NCBI GenBank assembly: GCA_022605425.2
Contig: JAKIMF020000007.1
Span: forward strand, 1 to 64,000
Reading direction: 5' to 3'
From: Hamiltosporidium tvaerminnensis FI-OER-3-3
Lineage: Eukaryota; Fungi; Microsporidia
DNA: 64,000 bases
Numbering within the stretch: position 1 is the stretch's first letter; every line of letters begins with the position of its first letter. Below are positions 26,290 through 41,249 of this stretch, one piece after another. The position numbers and the translations under genes were made by a program. The notes beneath the pieces were generated by a model, which did no database searches, had not been told where the DNA came from, and saw nothing but the letters and a program-made list of their open reading frames with translations.

Positions 26290-28690
26290 GTGGTCTAAAT
26301 GTTTCTTATTAGGTTCCTAATATATTTCTTCTTTAATATGCTTTTTTCCATTTTTTAATTTCCGGTTTTGTTTGGTTGAATTTGCTTAAATTATTATTCT
26401 ACTACGTTATTATTTTAACAATCACTTTAGTATGGTATTATTTTTTAGATCTAACATCCTTTTCTATTTTCTATGTTACTTGACACTCATGCAAACAGTT
26501 TTTTCTCAACTAAAGCAAATCTGGTTAATTTAATCGTTAATTTGGAGATTAGAGTTACCCTTTTCGAACTAATATATAATTTTATCTTTTTTTGAGGAAT
26601 TAATTTTATTTTTTAGTCATCTATTAAAATCTTTGTATTTATTTAAAATGGTTTATAAATAACATATAATTCAGTAGTATTACTTCTCATATGATTTTAA
26701 CGTGTTAAGTCTAATAAGCTTATAAAATTTACCATAATTGGAAGTTTTTTATTGTAAGGTATTAGATGTTTTTTATGAGTATCTAGAACATTCGGGCTAT
26801 TAAAAACTTATTCATATTCTAAAAATACGATTTTGTAATCTTGTTCATTATATGTTGTGTTCAGCCTAAATATGGCCGTATTAAATTTTCTGAAATTGTT
26901 GTGAAAAATCCTGAGTATATTGATGGAAACATTGATTGTATAGGGATTTCATACGTAACTTTTGATTTCTATATAACCCTATACTATTCACTTTTCTCTT
27001 AATTCCACAAACTGCCAAACATTTTTATATTTGTATTGTTTATTTTACTCGACAAGAATACAAATCTAAGTAAAAGAAAGATATACATGTGAAAGGGTAT
27101 TTAAACATTATATATACTAGCTATAGGTGAATAAATCAGAAAAGTAATATTATTGCCTTTCTTAAAATAAATTTGATATTCTTTTAGATCTTAATTTATA
27201 CGGTCTTTGATTTTTTATAAATATGCAAAAAATCTGTATTAGTGGATTTTAAGATTTGATTATTCTTAGTATATCCACATACATAAATAGTTTATTTTTA
27301 TTATTTAGTAAGATTTTATAACTTAAATTGCTATATATAATTATTTTATTGTAAAGAACTAAATAATTATATATAATCGAAAAATTTTGTATATTAAAAT
27401 TTCTTAAAGAATAAATTTGTTTTTTCTAGCCTATTTTTATGTTAAAAATATATTTCCATGATAATTCTACATTAATTATTTGTTTATTTTAAAGTTCGTA
27501 ATTTATCTACCTATTTAAAGACAAACAATACACCTAAATTTTAAATAGTAGGGTTATCTTTTTTATAGTTTTCCTAGATCTTTAATTTTCTTCGGACCAA
27601 TACGGATTTACACAAACAATAATTCAAAGAAAAAAAATTAAATAATATTTTAATTTACTATTAAGATAGGGAATTTTTAACAAATATATAGTTTAGTCTA
27701 AACTTAATTTTTTAGTTCATTTTTTAATGCATATTTTCTTAATCGAGCTTTACACCGATGAAAAAATCTTCAAAGATGAAGAAACACCTATAATGATCTG
27801 AATTAGAAGATATTGATAATATTTTTATATCTAGATATATTCATAAGTGGATATTACATCAAAAAGATAAATAAGGAATATTAATTTTATGAAATCAGTC
27901 GAATATTTTAATTCACAGATGAAATTTCTATAATAGTGTTTGTTGATTTTTAAATTATCAATGCGAAAGTTTTATTTTTTATTTAAAGAGACAGAAAGGC
28001 AATTGTTATTAAAAATTACAAAAACTATAAATAGGGCTGAGTTTTTAATGTCGACCAATCTTCTACAATTAAATTAGAACCATCTTATTAAGAATCTAGT
28101 ATATCTTTCTTCTATTTATAAGGAATATTCCTAATGTAGAAGCCGTATAAACAAGTGCCCCAATCAACTAATATTTTTACAAGAAATTCGAAGGTGAATT
28201 TATATATTCTAAACATCCTAAGCTGATTTGATTATAAAAGTGTATCGGTAAAGCCATTTACATCTGTTACAACTATGATCCAAAGGGTAGTATTAAAGAA
28301 CTCATCCGATCTTGGTTAAAGTCAGATCTACTAAATAAGTGAAAAAATTCAATTATAATATATTAGTAGAAAGCCATACCAATATCATTAACCTAAATAC
28401 AATAACTCTAAAGCAAAGAGTCTAAATATGAGACGCAATTGCCTATTTGAAAAGATTCGAAGTAAAGATATATATCATAACTATAAAAAAGGTTAAAATA
28501 ATGTGCTTTGGTTCATATCCCAAACTTTTTAAAAATCAATTACCTATATTTACTTTGGAACTCAAAACGTTATTCTTATCAATTAGCCTGAACTATTTTT
28601 ATAAACGTAGAAAGAACCTATCTGTTCTTTATGATATATGGGTCAGGTGTAGGCTCAATGATTGAGATGTTCTCTGTTTTAATTATGTGT
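26290..28690 (-). pseudogene. Family A copy A3 (best preserved exons)
   Basis: Removing introns 26911-26991 (GTGAAT..CAG) and 26797-26853 (donor mutated to AT) gives 51 stop-free codons, NVWQFVELREKIFHNNFRKFNTAIFRLNTTPNVLDTHKKHLIPYNKKLPIM, ending at a GTAAAT donor (26732). A further intron lies at 28331-28379 (GTATGG..TTTAG). Stops and frameshifts occur elsewhere. Confidence 0.75.
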
Positions 28691-28699
28691 TATGCCCAA

Positions 28700-30310
28700 T
28701 AATCATTCAAAGCTACTTCAAATCCAACTTTTCGATTTTTCATTTTCACTTGTTTGATCAATTTTAGATTTTTGAACATCATAATTCAGCATCATTTTAA
28801 AACATTAATAGATTTGTTAGAAATAAGAATAAATAATTTTTTTTGTATACTAAATAAATTTTTGCAAATCTGTAGTTTTGAAATTTCATTATCTATTTTA
28901 AATATATATTTCTAAGGATTTGAAAAAACAACTATTTTAACCTTAGACGTATGTGCAATTGTATATTTGAACTTATTTTTTATTTCAATAAATTTTCTAG
29001 ATTTTTCTTTGAAAATTAATATCTTTTTGCATTTTAGAAACATTTCATTTATTTTTTAGACTTTCTATATTATAATACAGCACAAAAATATTAAGGTGAT
29101 GCTCCAGCTTATCAGTAGTCTTTGTTATATAAAAATTTATTACATACATGTAGTGAGAAAATTGTATACTAGTAAACTATAAGTAATTACATAAGAGCTA
29201 ATATAAAATAGAAATAGAAATTCCAAAGTTAAAATAAAAAATAAATAATGGGCTTACACATTTATTAAGAAATTCATCCGAAAAATAACGAAATCTACTA
29301 AATTATAATATATTGGTATTTTATTGCTACCACATGTTCACTTAACACAAAAACATAGCTGTTTGGGCCATATAACCATTGCAAGCTACAAATAAAACAA
29401 CTTTTATACAAGAACGCATATCTATGGAACTAAAATAAAAAATCTCTGTGGTTTGACACCCTGCATCTACTTTATTTTTTAATCATTTTCAGTGTCACAC
29501 AGTTTTCTTATTTATTTGAAAATTTTTTAAATAATTCTTATTCTGATCTTAAATGAGATCTAGTAGAGAACAAAAAGTAAATAGATTACCTTAGAGTTAT
29601 TATAAACATAATTCGCTTTTTAAGACCTATCTTTTAATACTTCAATTTGTTATTTAAAAGCATAAAAATTTTCATTTTGGTATTTTTGTAAAGTCTATTT
29701 ATCTATTTACTGTATATATCTGTAAAAAAGAGGAAATGTATCATGTTGGAAATTATACAAAGCTTTTTAATGCAAAGTACAAACATTTGAAGTTCATTTA
29801 TTTAAATCAGAATATTAAGCAGAATCTTAATAAATTCATTACAGTTTAGAAAAAAATCTTTCTTTTTGAAAATTACAAATAAATCAGTGTTTTAATAAGA
29901 TATCATGTATGAATTAAGACTTTACATATACATCTTGCATTCTTAATATATATTTTTGTTTAAGCTTAGCTAATTTTTTATTTATATTTCGATTTTTTTC
30001 TGTCACGATAGATTGTTATTTTCATTCATTTATAAACTTCGAGTCCGTTTCAAATGTTACAGGATAAATATTTGACAAAAATATATTTTTGAAACCATTT
30101 TATTAAATTAACGGTGTAATGAAGAACCTCTTAAAAAAAGTAGAGCTTAAATTATTTTTTTATTTATTCCCAAAAGCTAGATGTATTTGTGTTAACACTT
30201 AATTGAAGCTGATAAATTTATATTCAAATATATCTAATTGGCTTTTATTACATCCATGGAAGGAAATATGTTATGATATATAAATATAAAATTAAATTTA
30301 AATTGTTCTA
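28700..30310. repeat. Dispersed duplication B, copy 1 (about 1.6 kb; direct partner about 60210-61862)
   Basis: Anchors: AACATCATAATTCAGCATCAT (28775/about 60275), TATAAAAATTTATTAC (about 29128/60671), TCTATTTACTGTATAT (29702/about 61257), TGTCACGATAGATT (30001/61554), TTTAAATTGTTC (30297/61848). Confidence 0.85.
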
Positions 30311-30340
30311 TTAAATCATATATGGGATTTATGCTTACCT

Positions 30341-33300
30341 CTGGATTTCTATATAACCTCATATTAGATACTTTCTCGAAAATTGAGCAAACTGCCAGGT
30401 ATCGTTAGGTATTATGTATGCATTGCTCCTTTAGCACAAAAAAAATACAAATATAATATGAAAGAAATATATACAAGTGAAAAGGGTATTTGAATTTTAT
30501 TTATACTACTTTTACGAAAATTTAGGAGTTGTGTAATATTATTGCTATTGTCAAAATTGATAAGATATTCTCCCAATCTAAACAAACATTGATTTTTTAT
30601 TCATGTAACTATAATCCATATAAATTGATTCAATTTTTAGTCGCCTTAATATTCTATATAAAAAAATTATTTGTTTTTTACTATGTAGTCTTAATATACT
30701 GACTTAAATTATTTTTATTAGAAGTATTTTGATTGCTTTCATCATGTTAGGTCTTTTTTTTTGGAAATATATAATATACAGTAAGATATAAAAATTAGAT
30801 TAAAATAAATCAGGATTAAAAAATCTCTTTCGAAAAATGTGTTTATATACCAATTATATACTGAAAGCAAATTTAAATAAAAGTTTTTACATTGAGTATT
30901 TGTAAATTTTAATTTTCTTAACCCTATTTCTTTTGTTTAAACAAATTCTACAACTAATCCTTAAAATAGTTTAATTTTGTCTAGTTTTGGGTGTTAAATT
31001 TGTTTATACAGTCGTGCATATAATACAAAAAAATATTTTACCTGATATTTCAAGTTTATTTTAAAAGTAGATAAACCTTAAACAAAGTTGTTCATTTAAA
31101 ACTAAATTAAATACTCGTTTTTTTCCATATAACTAATATAAATAATATTTCTTGTTTATATGTAAAGCTAAGAATTTATTTTCAAACTTTTTGGAAATTA
31201 ATTTGAATAAAGTAATATAATAGAATCAAAGATACATTTATTTCAAAATGTATTTATAGATGAATATTATACTGTAATAAGTGAAAAATCAAGTATGTTT
31301 CTTAAAGTAGACGTTTATTCTAATTCACTAAATAAAATTTTTGATTGGGTTTGTTGGTTAAAATATCATATTATAAAATTAAGATTTCAAGACTTAAAAT
31401 ATAAAAAGAAGCACAATTGATAGTTCAAAACTTCAATATGTAGGAACAATCTTGGATTTTTTATCATCTGGAATCGTATACATGTGACTTAGCACTATCT
31501 TATCATTAAACTTCTATTACCTAACCAACTGTATAAAGGTTACACCTAATTAAACGAAAGAAACAAGTTCCACAATCAAGTACAATATAGGTTCCAAAAA
31601 ATTTGCAGCAAATTTATACTTTTTAAACTACCTAATCTGATTTGTATCATGAAAAGAGTATGTAAGATTTTTTTAATATTTAGCTCCTATAGAATATAAA
31701 AGGCAATGTGTAAGAACTCAAGCGATTTTTTCCAAGTCGGATTTAACCAGAAATTTAAATTAGAGCACTTAGTATACATCTATAAATAATTTTAATGATA
31801 TCAGAAATACTTTTACATAATCTGAAATACAAATGGTTACCTTCATATACAGATTTATTTATTAGCAAATTTTCGGAGTAAATAACTATACGATAAAGAA
31901 ATCTATAAAAAATTAGTTAATTTTTAAAAAAACTTTCATAAAATTTAATAACTATATTTAATCATTAAAAATGATACTTTATTTATCAAAACATCTCTTC
32001 GTTTTTTATATATAACTACACATGAAATCTTGATGATATATAAACGAGTTTACGTTTTAAAAAGTGATTTACTCTTATCGAACAAATGGGTTATTCCTAA
32101 GCTATATTTATTCTAGAATTAAGTAACAGTTATATACTTTAAGATATACCTTACTGGGCACACATTGAATATATTATGAATTTTCTATAACACTTCTATT
32201 ATAAAGATCGATTGTACTTTTTGAGAAAATAGAGTACTATATTTATAACAAAATAAAATATTTTTCGGATGGATTATTTCGAATTAAATTTATGACACCA
32301 AGAAATATATTTACCCATTTAAGGTTTATGTTTTTAGAATAGCAAATTTATAAAACATACCTTAGATATTAAACCAAGAAATATAAATTACTAATTGCAA
32401 AAAATAGAAATATTTAAATTAGATGGGAGCTGATAACAAATAGAAGTGTTTAATAGAACAAAGAAGTGCAAAATTTAATTTAAAAAAATTATATTCTTTT
32501 TTTTATATATATAAATACAAAGTAGATATTATAAACCAATTTTAAAATATTTTATTTTTTTATTTATTGTAAATCATTTAATTTCTTTAAAATTTCTTCC
32601 TTATGAAACAAACGAATATTTCTTCTTGTTCTAAAACTTATTTCAATAGAATCCGAAGTAATTTACTGCAATTCTACAATTATGATATTCTAAATATATC
32701 CCATAAGTTATTTTAATTCAAATTTATGATAATATCTATATTTCAAAAACTTTAAAAAATATATCTACTTGAATCAAAACCTCATATCTTTTTCTTATTT
32801 ATCTATAGAAACATAGAGGTATTCTTTTTTGTAATTTAATTTGGGGAAATACATTACTTCGAGAAGTCACACCTTAAAAACTTTCATATTTTATAATTAG
32901 ACTAAAAACAATTATATTTGTACTCATTTGTAGCTGAATTACAAATAGGTAAGTCTACTGTCAAAACACAATCCAAAATCATTCAACCACTTCCAAACAC
33001 ACTCTTCATAAACCCCTAGAACAAATTTTATCTAGTTAACCAAATATATATCATTAACTTATATACCACCCAGTACCTCTTCTTTTTTTTTATCAAAATC
33101 GTAAAAAGAAAAATTTTGTTCAAATTAAAAAGAAAAGGAACTCTTAAGATAGAAACCTCCTTTTCCATAAAAATGGATTTCAAAATAATATAATCAAATC
33201 AAACTAAAATTCCCAATCATTTGTTTTATAATAAGTTTGAGGCGTTGTGCTAGATATCTAAAAGTGCCTTAATATATTTCACTTTCTCATAATTTTTCTA

Positions 33301-33470
33301 TTATTGAAAACAACTTTTACCAAAAAATTCCTTTTATGAGTAATCAATTGTGTTCTAGAAAACAAATTAAACATCATGGACTATCACAGTTGTCGTTTTT
33401 AAATCTATTATCTTCTTTTCTGTTCATATTTTCTGATTTACAGCTTCATTTCTTTTTTTGCTAAAAAATA
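30341..33470 (-). pseudogene. Family A copy A4 (3'-truncated; closest to A1)
   Basis: Homology to A1 begins abruptly at GGATTTCTATATAACCTCATATTA (about 30343). It shares AAAATTGAGCAAACTGCCAGGTAT with A1, the GT-AG intron at about 33017-33076, and the exon remnant HFYGKGGFYLKSSFSF (A1: HFYEKGGVYLKCSFSF). Confidence 0.7.
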
Positions 33471-34445
33471 GATTTGATTAAACAAACATAGGGTAGAAGT
33501 TTTTAAAAAATATAAAGAAATTATTTTTAGAAAAATTTATTTTACTTGATTTAATGCAAAGCGAAAAAATAAATGTTAAAAAGAAGAGGGGTATTATGAA
33601 CTTTTACTTTTTTATTGTCTTGCTTCTATAATTGCCCATTGTAGCATTATAATATTATTTTAGTAATTCAACATCCTGTATGATTATTATTACAGTTTAT
33701 CTTTTTTAATTCTAATTTTTTAAATTATGTTTTTCTGCTAAAGACTTATATTTTGAAACGTTTTATCTGTTCGGTGTTTGTAAAATCTTTTAAATATCTC
33801 AAAAAATTTCTAATTCTCATAAAAACCTCTAACATGATCTATAAAATCATTTAAATGTAATTTTCCAACAAAATAACAAAAATTTAAATTTTTCAATGTA
33901 TAAGGGTAAATAATTTATCTTAACTTACTTGTAATTTTTATTTAATTCATAACGTCCTAATATATAATCAGAATTTAAAAACTGAAATAGCAAAAACAAA
34001 AAAATTATTCATAGAATTAAGAAACAGAAAAAAAGTATTTATCAACAAGTTTCTGAAAGTAAATATAAATTTAAATGGAAATTAAATGGAAGAAATTGTT
34101 AAGTATGAAATATTTGAATAAAAATTTCGATATATGAAACCATTTAAGATCCATCAAAATAAAATTTTGCCAAACTAATTTTCTACTATTATCTTTCTGA
34201 TAGTTTTCTTTATTCTTGGTATATATACTCCTTCTAAAAAATTTTAATAAGGGGAAACCTATATTTAATTATTTTAATTATTTAATTTCTACCAATAAAG
34301 CCAAAAGATATTAATACGAACCAATATCATAAAAATTATCGGCATTAAATTTGCAGTATTATTTTGTAGGAAAACTGGGCAGCTTTTTAAAACAAAATAT
34401 GGGCTATTTTTAAAGCATTAAAGATAGTCAGGGTTTATATAAAAC

Positions 34446-35700
34446 GTCTTCTTATAATTCTATTCGTATCTTTAAGGCTGACTACATTATAAAGCTGTCT
34501 TATTTAAAGGTTTTGTGGAATATGTTTAAAGCAAAAGGCAGTTATTCTAAAATAATTTTTCTGTTGAAATATGATTGTTGGTTTGATTTCACTTTAAAAT
34601 ATCACGCGTACACATCCTTTTATCGCTATACCATCTTATATTTTAGTATATCTTCATTCATAAAGTAACCCGGAGAATACCGAGAGTTTATTTGGGCAAA
34701 AAATGTTCTATAAAAAGACATAAGTGGTTATATCGTTCCCTAGATCATTAAAGATTTGCATTTTTCTATCTTCCAGCACCGGGTGTTAAAATTTGGTTGC
34801 AAAATCACCGGTTTTGAGTTTAAATACTATTGCTACATGCTCTATCGCTTTTACATTTCGTTACATGAACACTCAAAAAGATCAAGAAAAAAATTCGCAT
34901 ATTTAGGCTGTTCTTCCTAGTACCAACTATTACAGAGCAGCCGAGGATGTAGTGAAGTTTAATTCTTACATAAAAGACAAATTATGATCTGTACCAAACC
35001 TTTATGTCTAAATCTAGCTGTTTCTTATTACTGTTGATATTTTAACACTACCTCATTCCAAAAATAAATTTTGCCAATATACTAAAGGGTTATTTGTCTT
35101 TGTAATTCTGGATGTTTCTAAAATTAGTATTTTTTGAAGTTTTATATAATTGTATATGTCGTTCTTGAATTATCATATGTAAATAATGGTTCATGTTTGA
35201 CGCAGAAAAGAAAATTCACACATCACGTTAATTTTCTTAAATTTTAAAATTTTAATAGAAACCAAAAATTTTACATTCCGCTATATTTCTCAGATAGTAT
35301 AGTTTGATTTTTGGTATACTTAGTAAAATTATTAAGGGTTTGCAGATATACTTACATATAATAGAAGTTTAATATTTCTTTGTACCATAAATATTTTAAT
35401 TTTATACTTAGTTACCATATAGTCTCCGCAAATCGACAATTTGCAGTTTATTTAAATTTCGGAATAGATTATCAAATAAAATATGCAACCGTTTCAAGCA
35501 AAAAAATATTTTGTGACTATATTAGAATATGAACCTAATTCATATAAGTTAAATTCTATATGATCACTGCTCTTTTCTCGACGGTTCAAACCCTTTATTC
35601 TCATAATTTTACCTTAAAACAATTTTTAATTCCGATTTTATCTGTCATAAGAATGTTATGAGTATTTTATAAACTAGTTTGAAGGCTTTAGAGTTACCTT
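34446..35700 (-). mobile_element. Copy-specific insertion, probably the 3' part of a LINE ORF2
   Basis: Absent from the partner segment. Minus-strand remnants: LHILFDNL (about 35490), a frameshifted FA(D)DYM-like motif (about 35430), CKYICKP (about 35350) and FKLKTG (about 34825, cf. the LINE C-terminal RLRTG). Confidence 0.45.
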
Positions 35701-38299
35701 TAATGCCTATTAAAAAATCTGTAATATGCGGATAAAAAAAATCGGTAAGTTACTTGTATTCTATAACTAATAAATCTATTCTAAAAAAAAGTCAAAAGAT
35801 TTAATTGAAAAATATTTTTTTTGGAAAGATGTTCAATTTTTCAAAAAAATATTTTTATCAAAAAAAAAAATCAAAATATTCCGAAGATATTTAAATTTAC
35901 CCAATTACTTTTTTAAAGAAAAAAAAAGAATGCATTTGAAATTTTAGAATTATTTCTTGATTTACATTTAGTTTTCTTTATATTAAAAGCATATATCCGT
36001 TTACTATGTTCCTATTTTCTTGGTGCTATATTAAATAGATATTACTTATACTTTTTCTTTATGTTTTCTAAAAGTAGATAAGAAATTTTGGTTAAAAATA
36101 AGTATTGTAAGGCTTATAAAAGTTTTTCTTGGTATATACCCACTCGGTTTAAATATGTAATTTTCTCAACATAAATGATAGAAAAAATGACTTTACTGCT
36201 GAAGACGTTCTGATGTAGTGCTAATGCCAAATCTGGGAAGAAAATTAAATTCTCTATTTAGGTTATAATTTAACCCTTGTTGTATCTTTATTGTAATCTT
36301 TAATAAATTATGCCTTTTTTGACGATTTCGAGACAAATTACAAAATCTAAGAAAAGTCATTTAAAGATAAAAGGTATGTAAACGGAAATTATATATTTTT
36401 AAAAAAAGTTTAGAAGGTAAATTTGCTGCAGGAAATATTTTCCTTAAATTTCTGTAGGATATACGGTTGTGTCCAAGATAGTCATCATTTTTTGAAATTA
36501 AATTTTAGGAAATATATCTTGTGATAAATGCTGTCTAAAAAGTTTATATTTTTTATTATTATTTCCATATAAAAGTATTTTTTATCGTTTAAAAAAGAAA
36601 CGTTAAGTGAGGTTTAAATTTTGTTCTTCGTGTATATATTATAAAATTTTAACCTCTTTTATGTAAATACATTATAAGTTAAAAAAGAATTTTATTGAAA
36701 AGCTTAAATTTTCAACGAAATATATTTTTATTCTAAGATGAAAAGGGTATTATGAAAATGAAGATAATTGCGTTATATAGCAGGGTTAGAACACAATTAT
36801 TCTGGTATAAGTATGGAGACCAACAAAAAAATTTTAATTATGCCTATATTGCAAAATGTTAAAAGATTAAATATATAATAATAATTGGTGATTTTAGTGT
36901 GCCAAAACAAAATTGCAGATCTTAAAATAATATTGACTATTAATTTTTTTTGTCAGAAATTAAAAAAAACGTTTTTTTGTTCGGGAATTACATTAAAACT
37001 AAAAAAATAATAATAAAAAACCCCCGAGCCGGTATTACTCAGGCTCTAAACTAGGATAAGACCTTCATACCAAAAAATGTAAATATATATAAAAAAATAT
37101 AAAAATATTGTATGCTTAACCTCATATCAATACACCATAGGAACAAAAATAGATCAAATTTTATATTTGAAATGACCTTGTCATTATATTACAAAATTTA
37201 CTTTTACAATTTATTTCACTTCTTTTATATTACAATTTACAAGCCTTACTTTATTTAAATATTTTAAAAACCTCCATGGTATAATTAATTCTAAGGGAGT
37301 TATATACCATGCAATCGTCTTTATAGGTTTTTTTCTTTTCTGTTGAATCAATAATTGTAAAAGTAATTTCTGTATCCCACTTTCTAATATATATAGCATT
37401 TATAAAGATCTTAGTTAAAAAGCGAATTTTCTGATATTTTAATTTGAATCTTAATTTTATGATTTTTTTTGTTTTAAATTTGATTACAAAATAAAATATC
37501 TGAAAATTCATCTTTAAACTAGTATATTCTGAATGTCATATACAAAAAACTGAGGATAAAAAAATATTCAGACAAAACGTTTTAATTGAAAAAGAAATAG
37601 ATCTTTCGATTGTTGCATGCTCCTATAATTTTGTAATTGCATATATAGACGGTTTTAAAATGCAGGAATATCAGTAAATTTCAAAATGTAAAGAAAGATG
37701 AATCCATTGGTCTGTTTTATTTGGATGACATTCTGTATTCTAAACTATCTTGTCCTCTTTTAATTTTCAAAAAAAATAAAAATGATACGTTTCATCAGAG
37801 AAAAAGGGAGCTATATTTCATAAGGAGGAAGAGTTTAAAAAATATAAATTCTACTTTTTTTTTCTAAATAAGTTTCAATTGGTTAATTTATTTTTAGGGT
37901 AACTTATTTAAATTAAAATAAATTTTCATCCAATTGCTAATTCTAATTTCTTAGAAAATTTGCAAGAGTAAAATATTGTATAACTATAGCTTTTTATAAA
38001 TGTATAAAAGATATTTAAATTTTTAAGAATATCCTTTGTAACAATATTGTAAAGTTAATAAATAAAATTAACTATGTGTATTTTGTTATTGTATGACTTT
38101 GTTAAAATCTGAAAATTTTTGTCATTATGATTATTATGTAAAATTAAGTCGAAAAAAAGAAGGGTTAGTTCTTTTGCTTTAAACAGTTATGAACGGACAG
38201 AAAAGGCGAAATTTAAATTATTCTTTTTATAGCGGTAGTTCTCTTTAGAAATGTTTTTCAATGAGCTATTAGATTATTTTATTACCATTTTAAATATTT

Positions 38300-38930
38300 T
38301 TATTTTAAGCTAATTCTAAACATTTATTTCTACTTGATTTTAATCAAGATTTACTTCGGTATTTTTGTAGGGACTTATCCAAAAAGCATTTTTGTCATTT
38401 AAGCGATCTGAGAATAATAGATAGATTGTAATGTTAGGCCTGGGAAAAGCGTTTTTATTGAACTATATTGAATGTACAGCAGAATATGATTTACGTCTTA
38501 TACCCATAATGACGCCTTTATAACGCAATTCGGTTTGAGTAATAATCGTTGGATCCTGCTATCATATTCTTTATTTAGTTTTATAACGGTAGAATTATAT
38601 TTTGATATTTTTTCTCGGAAATCTTAGCTTTATATTATATATTAAATTTTGACTTATAAATGTTTTATATATTTATAAGAAGAAATTACTATATCTATAA
38701 CGTATTTAGGAAACTTACAGGTTGTCAACGTATTAAGCGTTCGCTTATGAAATACATTTATTAGTTATTTGGCTTTTTAAAAATTTTTATTTGTGATATT
38801 TAATATTTCAAAGCAGACTTAGTAAATTTATTAAGACTTTTGATTTATCTATTTAAAAACATATCTTATTTTTTAGATCATAATAGCTTTCTAACATATT
38901 ATGTGTTATATAGAAATTAGAATATTGTAA
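38300..38930 (-). mobile_element. Decayed LINE RT fragment
   Basis: A*YVDNL*V at 38732-38718 (cf. AYADDL) and, 69 codons later in the same frame, RYKGVIMG at 38525 (cf. RYLG). This matches typical RT spacing. Confidence 0.5.
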
Positions 38931-39620
38931 GAAGTAAAAACTTTTTAAGAAGAAATTTTTTACTTTAAACTTGATGCCTTGACTGTTTGAATAGATTCTT
39001 CATATATTTTCATATATCGATATTTTAACATTCTCGGAAAATTATTCTTTTTACGATTGTATATTTATTAGTAATACTTGTTATTAATTTTTTTTCTCTC
39101 TTCTCAAAATTGTATTCTAATAAAAAACTTGTATCTAAAAATCTTACTTTCTTTATAAACTTTTTTAATTTTTGAAGTAATAAGAAATAAATAATTTGTA
39201 TCTATCAGTTAAAAATAAATATTTTTGTATTTCTGCTAAGTAGTATTTTATTTTCTCACGGTCGTTTAGAATGTATTAAAAAATTACCTTACTTTTTTTT
39301 TCATACACATATTTTTTTTAGGTATAATTGTTATGAATATTTCATAATAAGAAAGCCTCGGGAGACTATCAAAATATATGTTCGATATTATTTCGACTTA
39401 AAAGAATCATGTATATACAAACTTTTGGATAATCTTTGTCATTATTAAATATCAAAGTAGATGTAACGAACTAATAAATCTGTATATTAATATAATAGAT
39501 TTATATTTTGAAGAATTATAGTTGGAATCTATTTTTGTAAAATTTATATTGTAATTTTTGTAACAGTTAATCAAAAAAATGTTTTAGTAAAAAAAGTTGC
39601 TTTTTTTGATTGACATATTT
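38930..39620. repeat. Dispersed duplication C, copy 2 (partner about 6020-6700)
   Basis: See the anchors listed for copy 1. Confidence 0.6.
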
Positions 39621-39649
39621 TTCAAGAGGTTAATAAAAAAAGCGTAAAA

Positions 39650-40700
39650 GTCTAAAAAATACATTTACACATCACCGGCACAATCTATAACCATTATATA
39701 ACAAGCTTATTCCAAAGACTATAATAAGCTAGAAATAATAGGCTTATATCTGTAAAAATTCCCGGAAATGGCAGAAGAAAGAGAAATTTTGGGCATTAAA
39801 ACGAAAAGTCATTCTGGTAAAAATTATATAAATTTATTAGAGGTAGATAGAAAGGCTCGAAATTGAAATTATCTAAGGTATTTTAGATTTTATGAGTCAA
39901 TGTAATCGAATATTCTCAAATAACTTATTGATTCCATTAATTTAACTCTTAAATACCTGCTATGCACATATTCACTAGATAAAAACCTAATCTAAAAACA
40001 GATGTATGGTCAATATATTTAAGAAATTCTCGGATGTGTTAATCATACATCGAAATAGTTACCACATTAAATCATTCTGTCAAACCCTTAACAAATGAAT
40101 AGAAATGCATAATTTACGATCTGATGTTAAAACTATTGTAAGAATGCTATAATTCACACAACAAGATACTCTTTCATAGTTTTGAAGAGAAATGCAGGCG
40201 GTGCTTTACTATTCCTAAGTGATTCATTATGAATGAGTATATTTATGGAACTCTTAATTGGAAAAAATTGCCGGGCATGACAAAATACTATGAAAGCACA
40301 ATGAAAAAACTCTAAAGATCTATTTATAGATAAGCTTGTTTATAAAATTTGTTCGTAAATACCCTAAGCATTTATCTCAATCATACAGCAAACTGAATTT
40401 AAAATATTCTTAATGAACCAAGATAGCTTAGATATTCTATAAAATGAGCTAAAAGTAATGACACGCATTTAGGGTATTAAGTCAATATTTATCGAATAAG
40501 CGAATCAAAATAGAAGTATACATAAAAATTACAGAAAGTTTTTTTTTATGAAAAATTGGTATTAACAACATTTCACAATTCAAAATATTATACGATAGGA
40601 AGAAGCCAGGATAGTTAAATTTGATTAAGGATGCAATTAAGAAAATATATAGTACGAAGAAAAACAAATGTTTAATCAAAGCATATAAACTATAAAAACT
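39650..40700 (+). mobile_element. Possible decayed LINE ORF2 fragment
   Basis: KIPGNG at about 39755 (cf. KAPGxDG), then weak QG-region and KY-region similarity near 40180 and 40355. Coding-like composition. Confidence 0.3.
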
Positions 40701-41249
40701 TGTAATATTTATTAAACTAAGTATTTAGAACCTTTTACTTCAAAATCTTTTATGAATAAAATCTTATTTTTAAGTTTAGAAGGAATTATATGCACAATTT
40801 TTTTCTGTTGATATTCTTTAAATTTTAGTGTAGCAAGAAAACCAAATTTTCAGGTTTCTAATGTTTTTTACTTTAAATAGTTCTAAAATTAAGTTAAATT
40901 AAAATATAATACTTGGCTTTTTTGGAAAACTCTTTAAAGGAATATATTTTGAGAGCATGCATTTGCAGTAAAATAATTTTTTGTATATATTTGAGAAAAA
41001 CATAACAAAATATTATTTTACCACCATTTCTATGTTACTCTATAGTACTGCTTTTAAATTTTCTTGTAGTAAATATCTTATGTATAGTTATATTTTTTCC
41101 ATAATTTCAAAGTGAGTACATATAATATTAAAATTCGCAATATACTTTAAAAATAATACATTTTTTATATCTTATACGTAGACTTATATGTATTAAGGCA
41201 TTTATATTTTTATAAAAAAATATCTAACCTATATTGATTTTATTTTCGT

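Larger units (their letters stand above)
30341..37940. repeat. Segmental duplication (about 7.6 kb), copy 2; partner about 8430-15660
   Basis: Same colinear anchors as copy 1. Homology ends at AATTGCTAA (about 37932-37940 vs 15652-15660). Confidence 0.9.
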
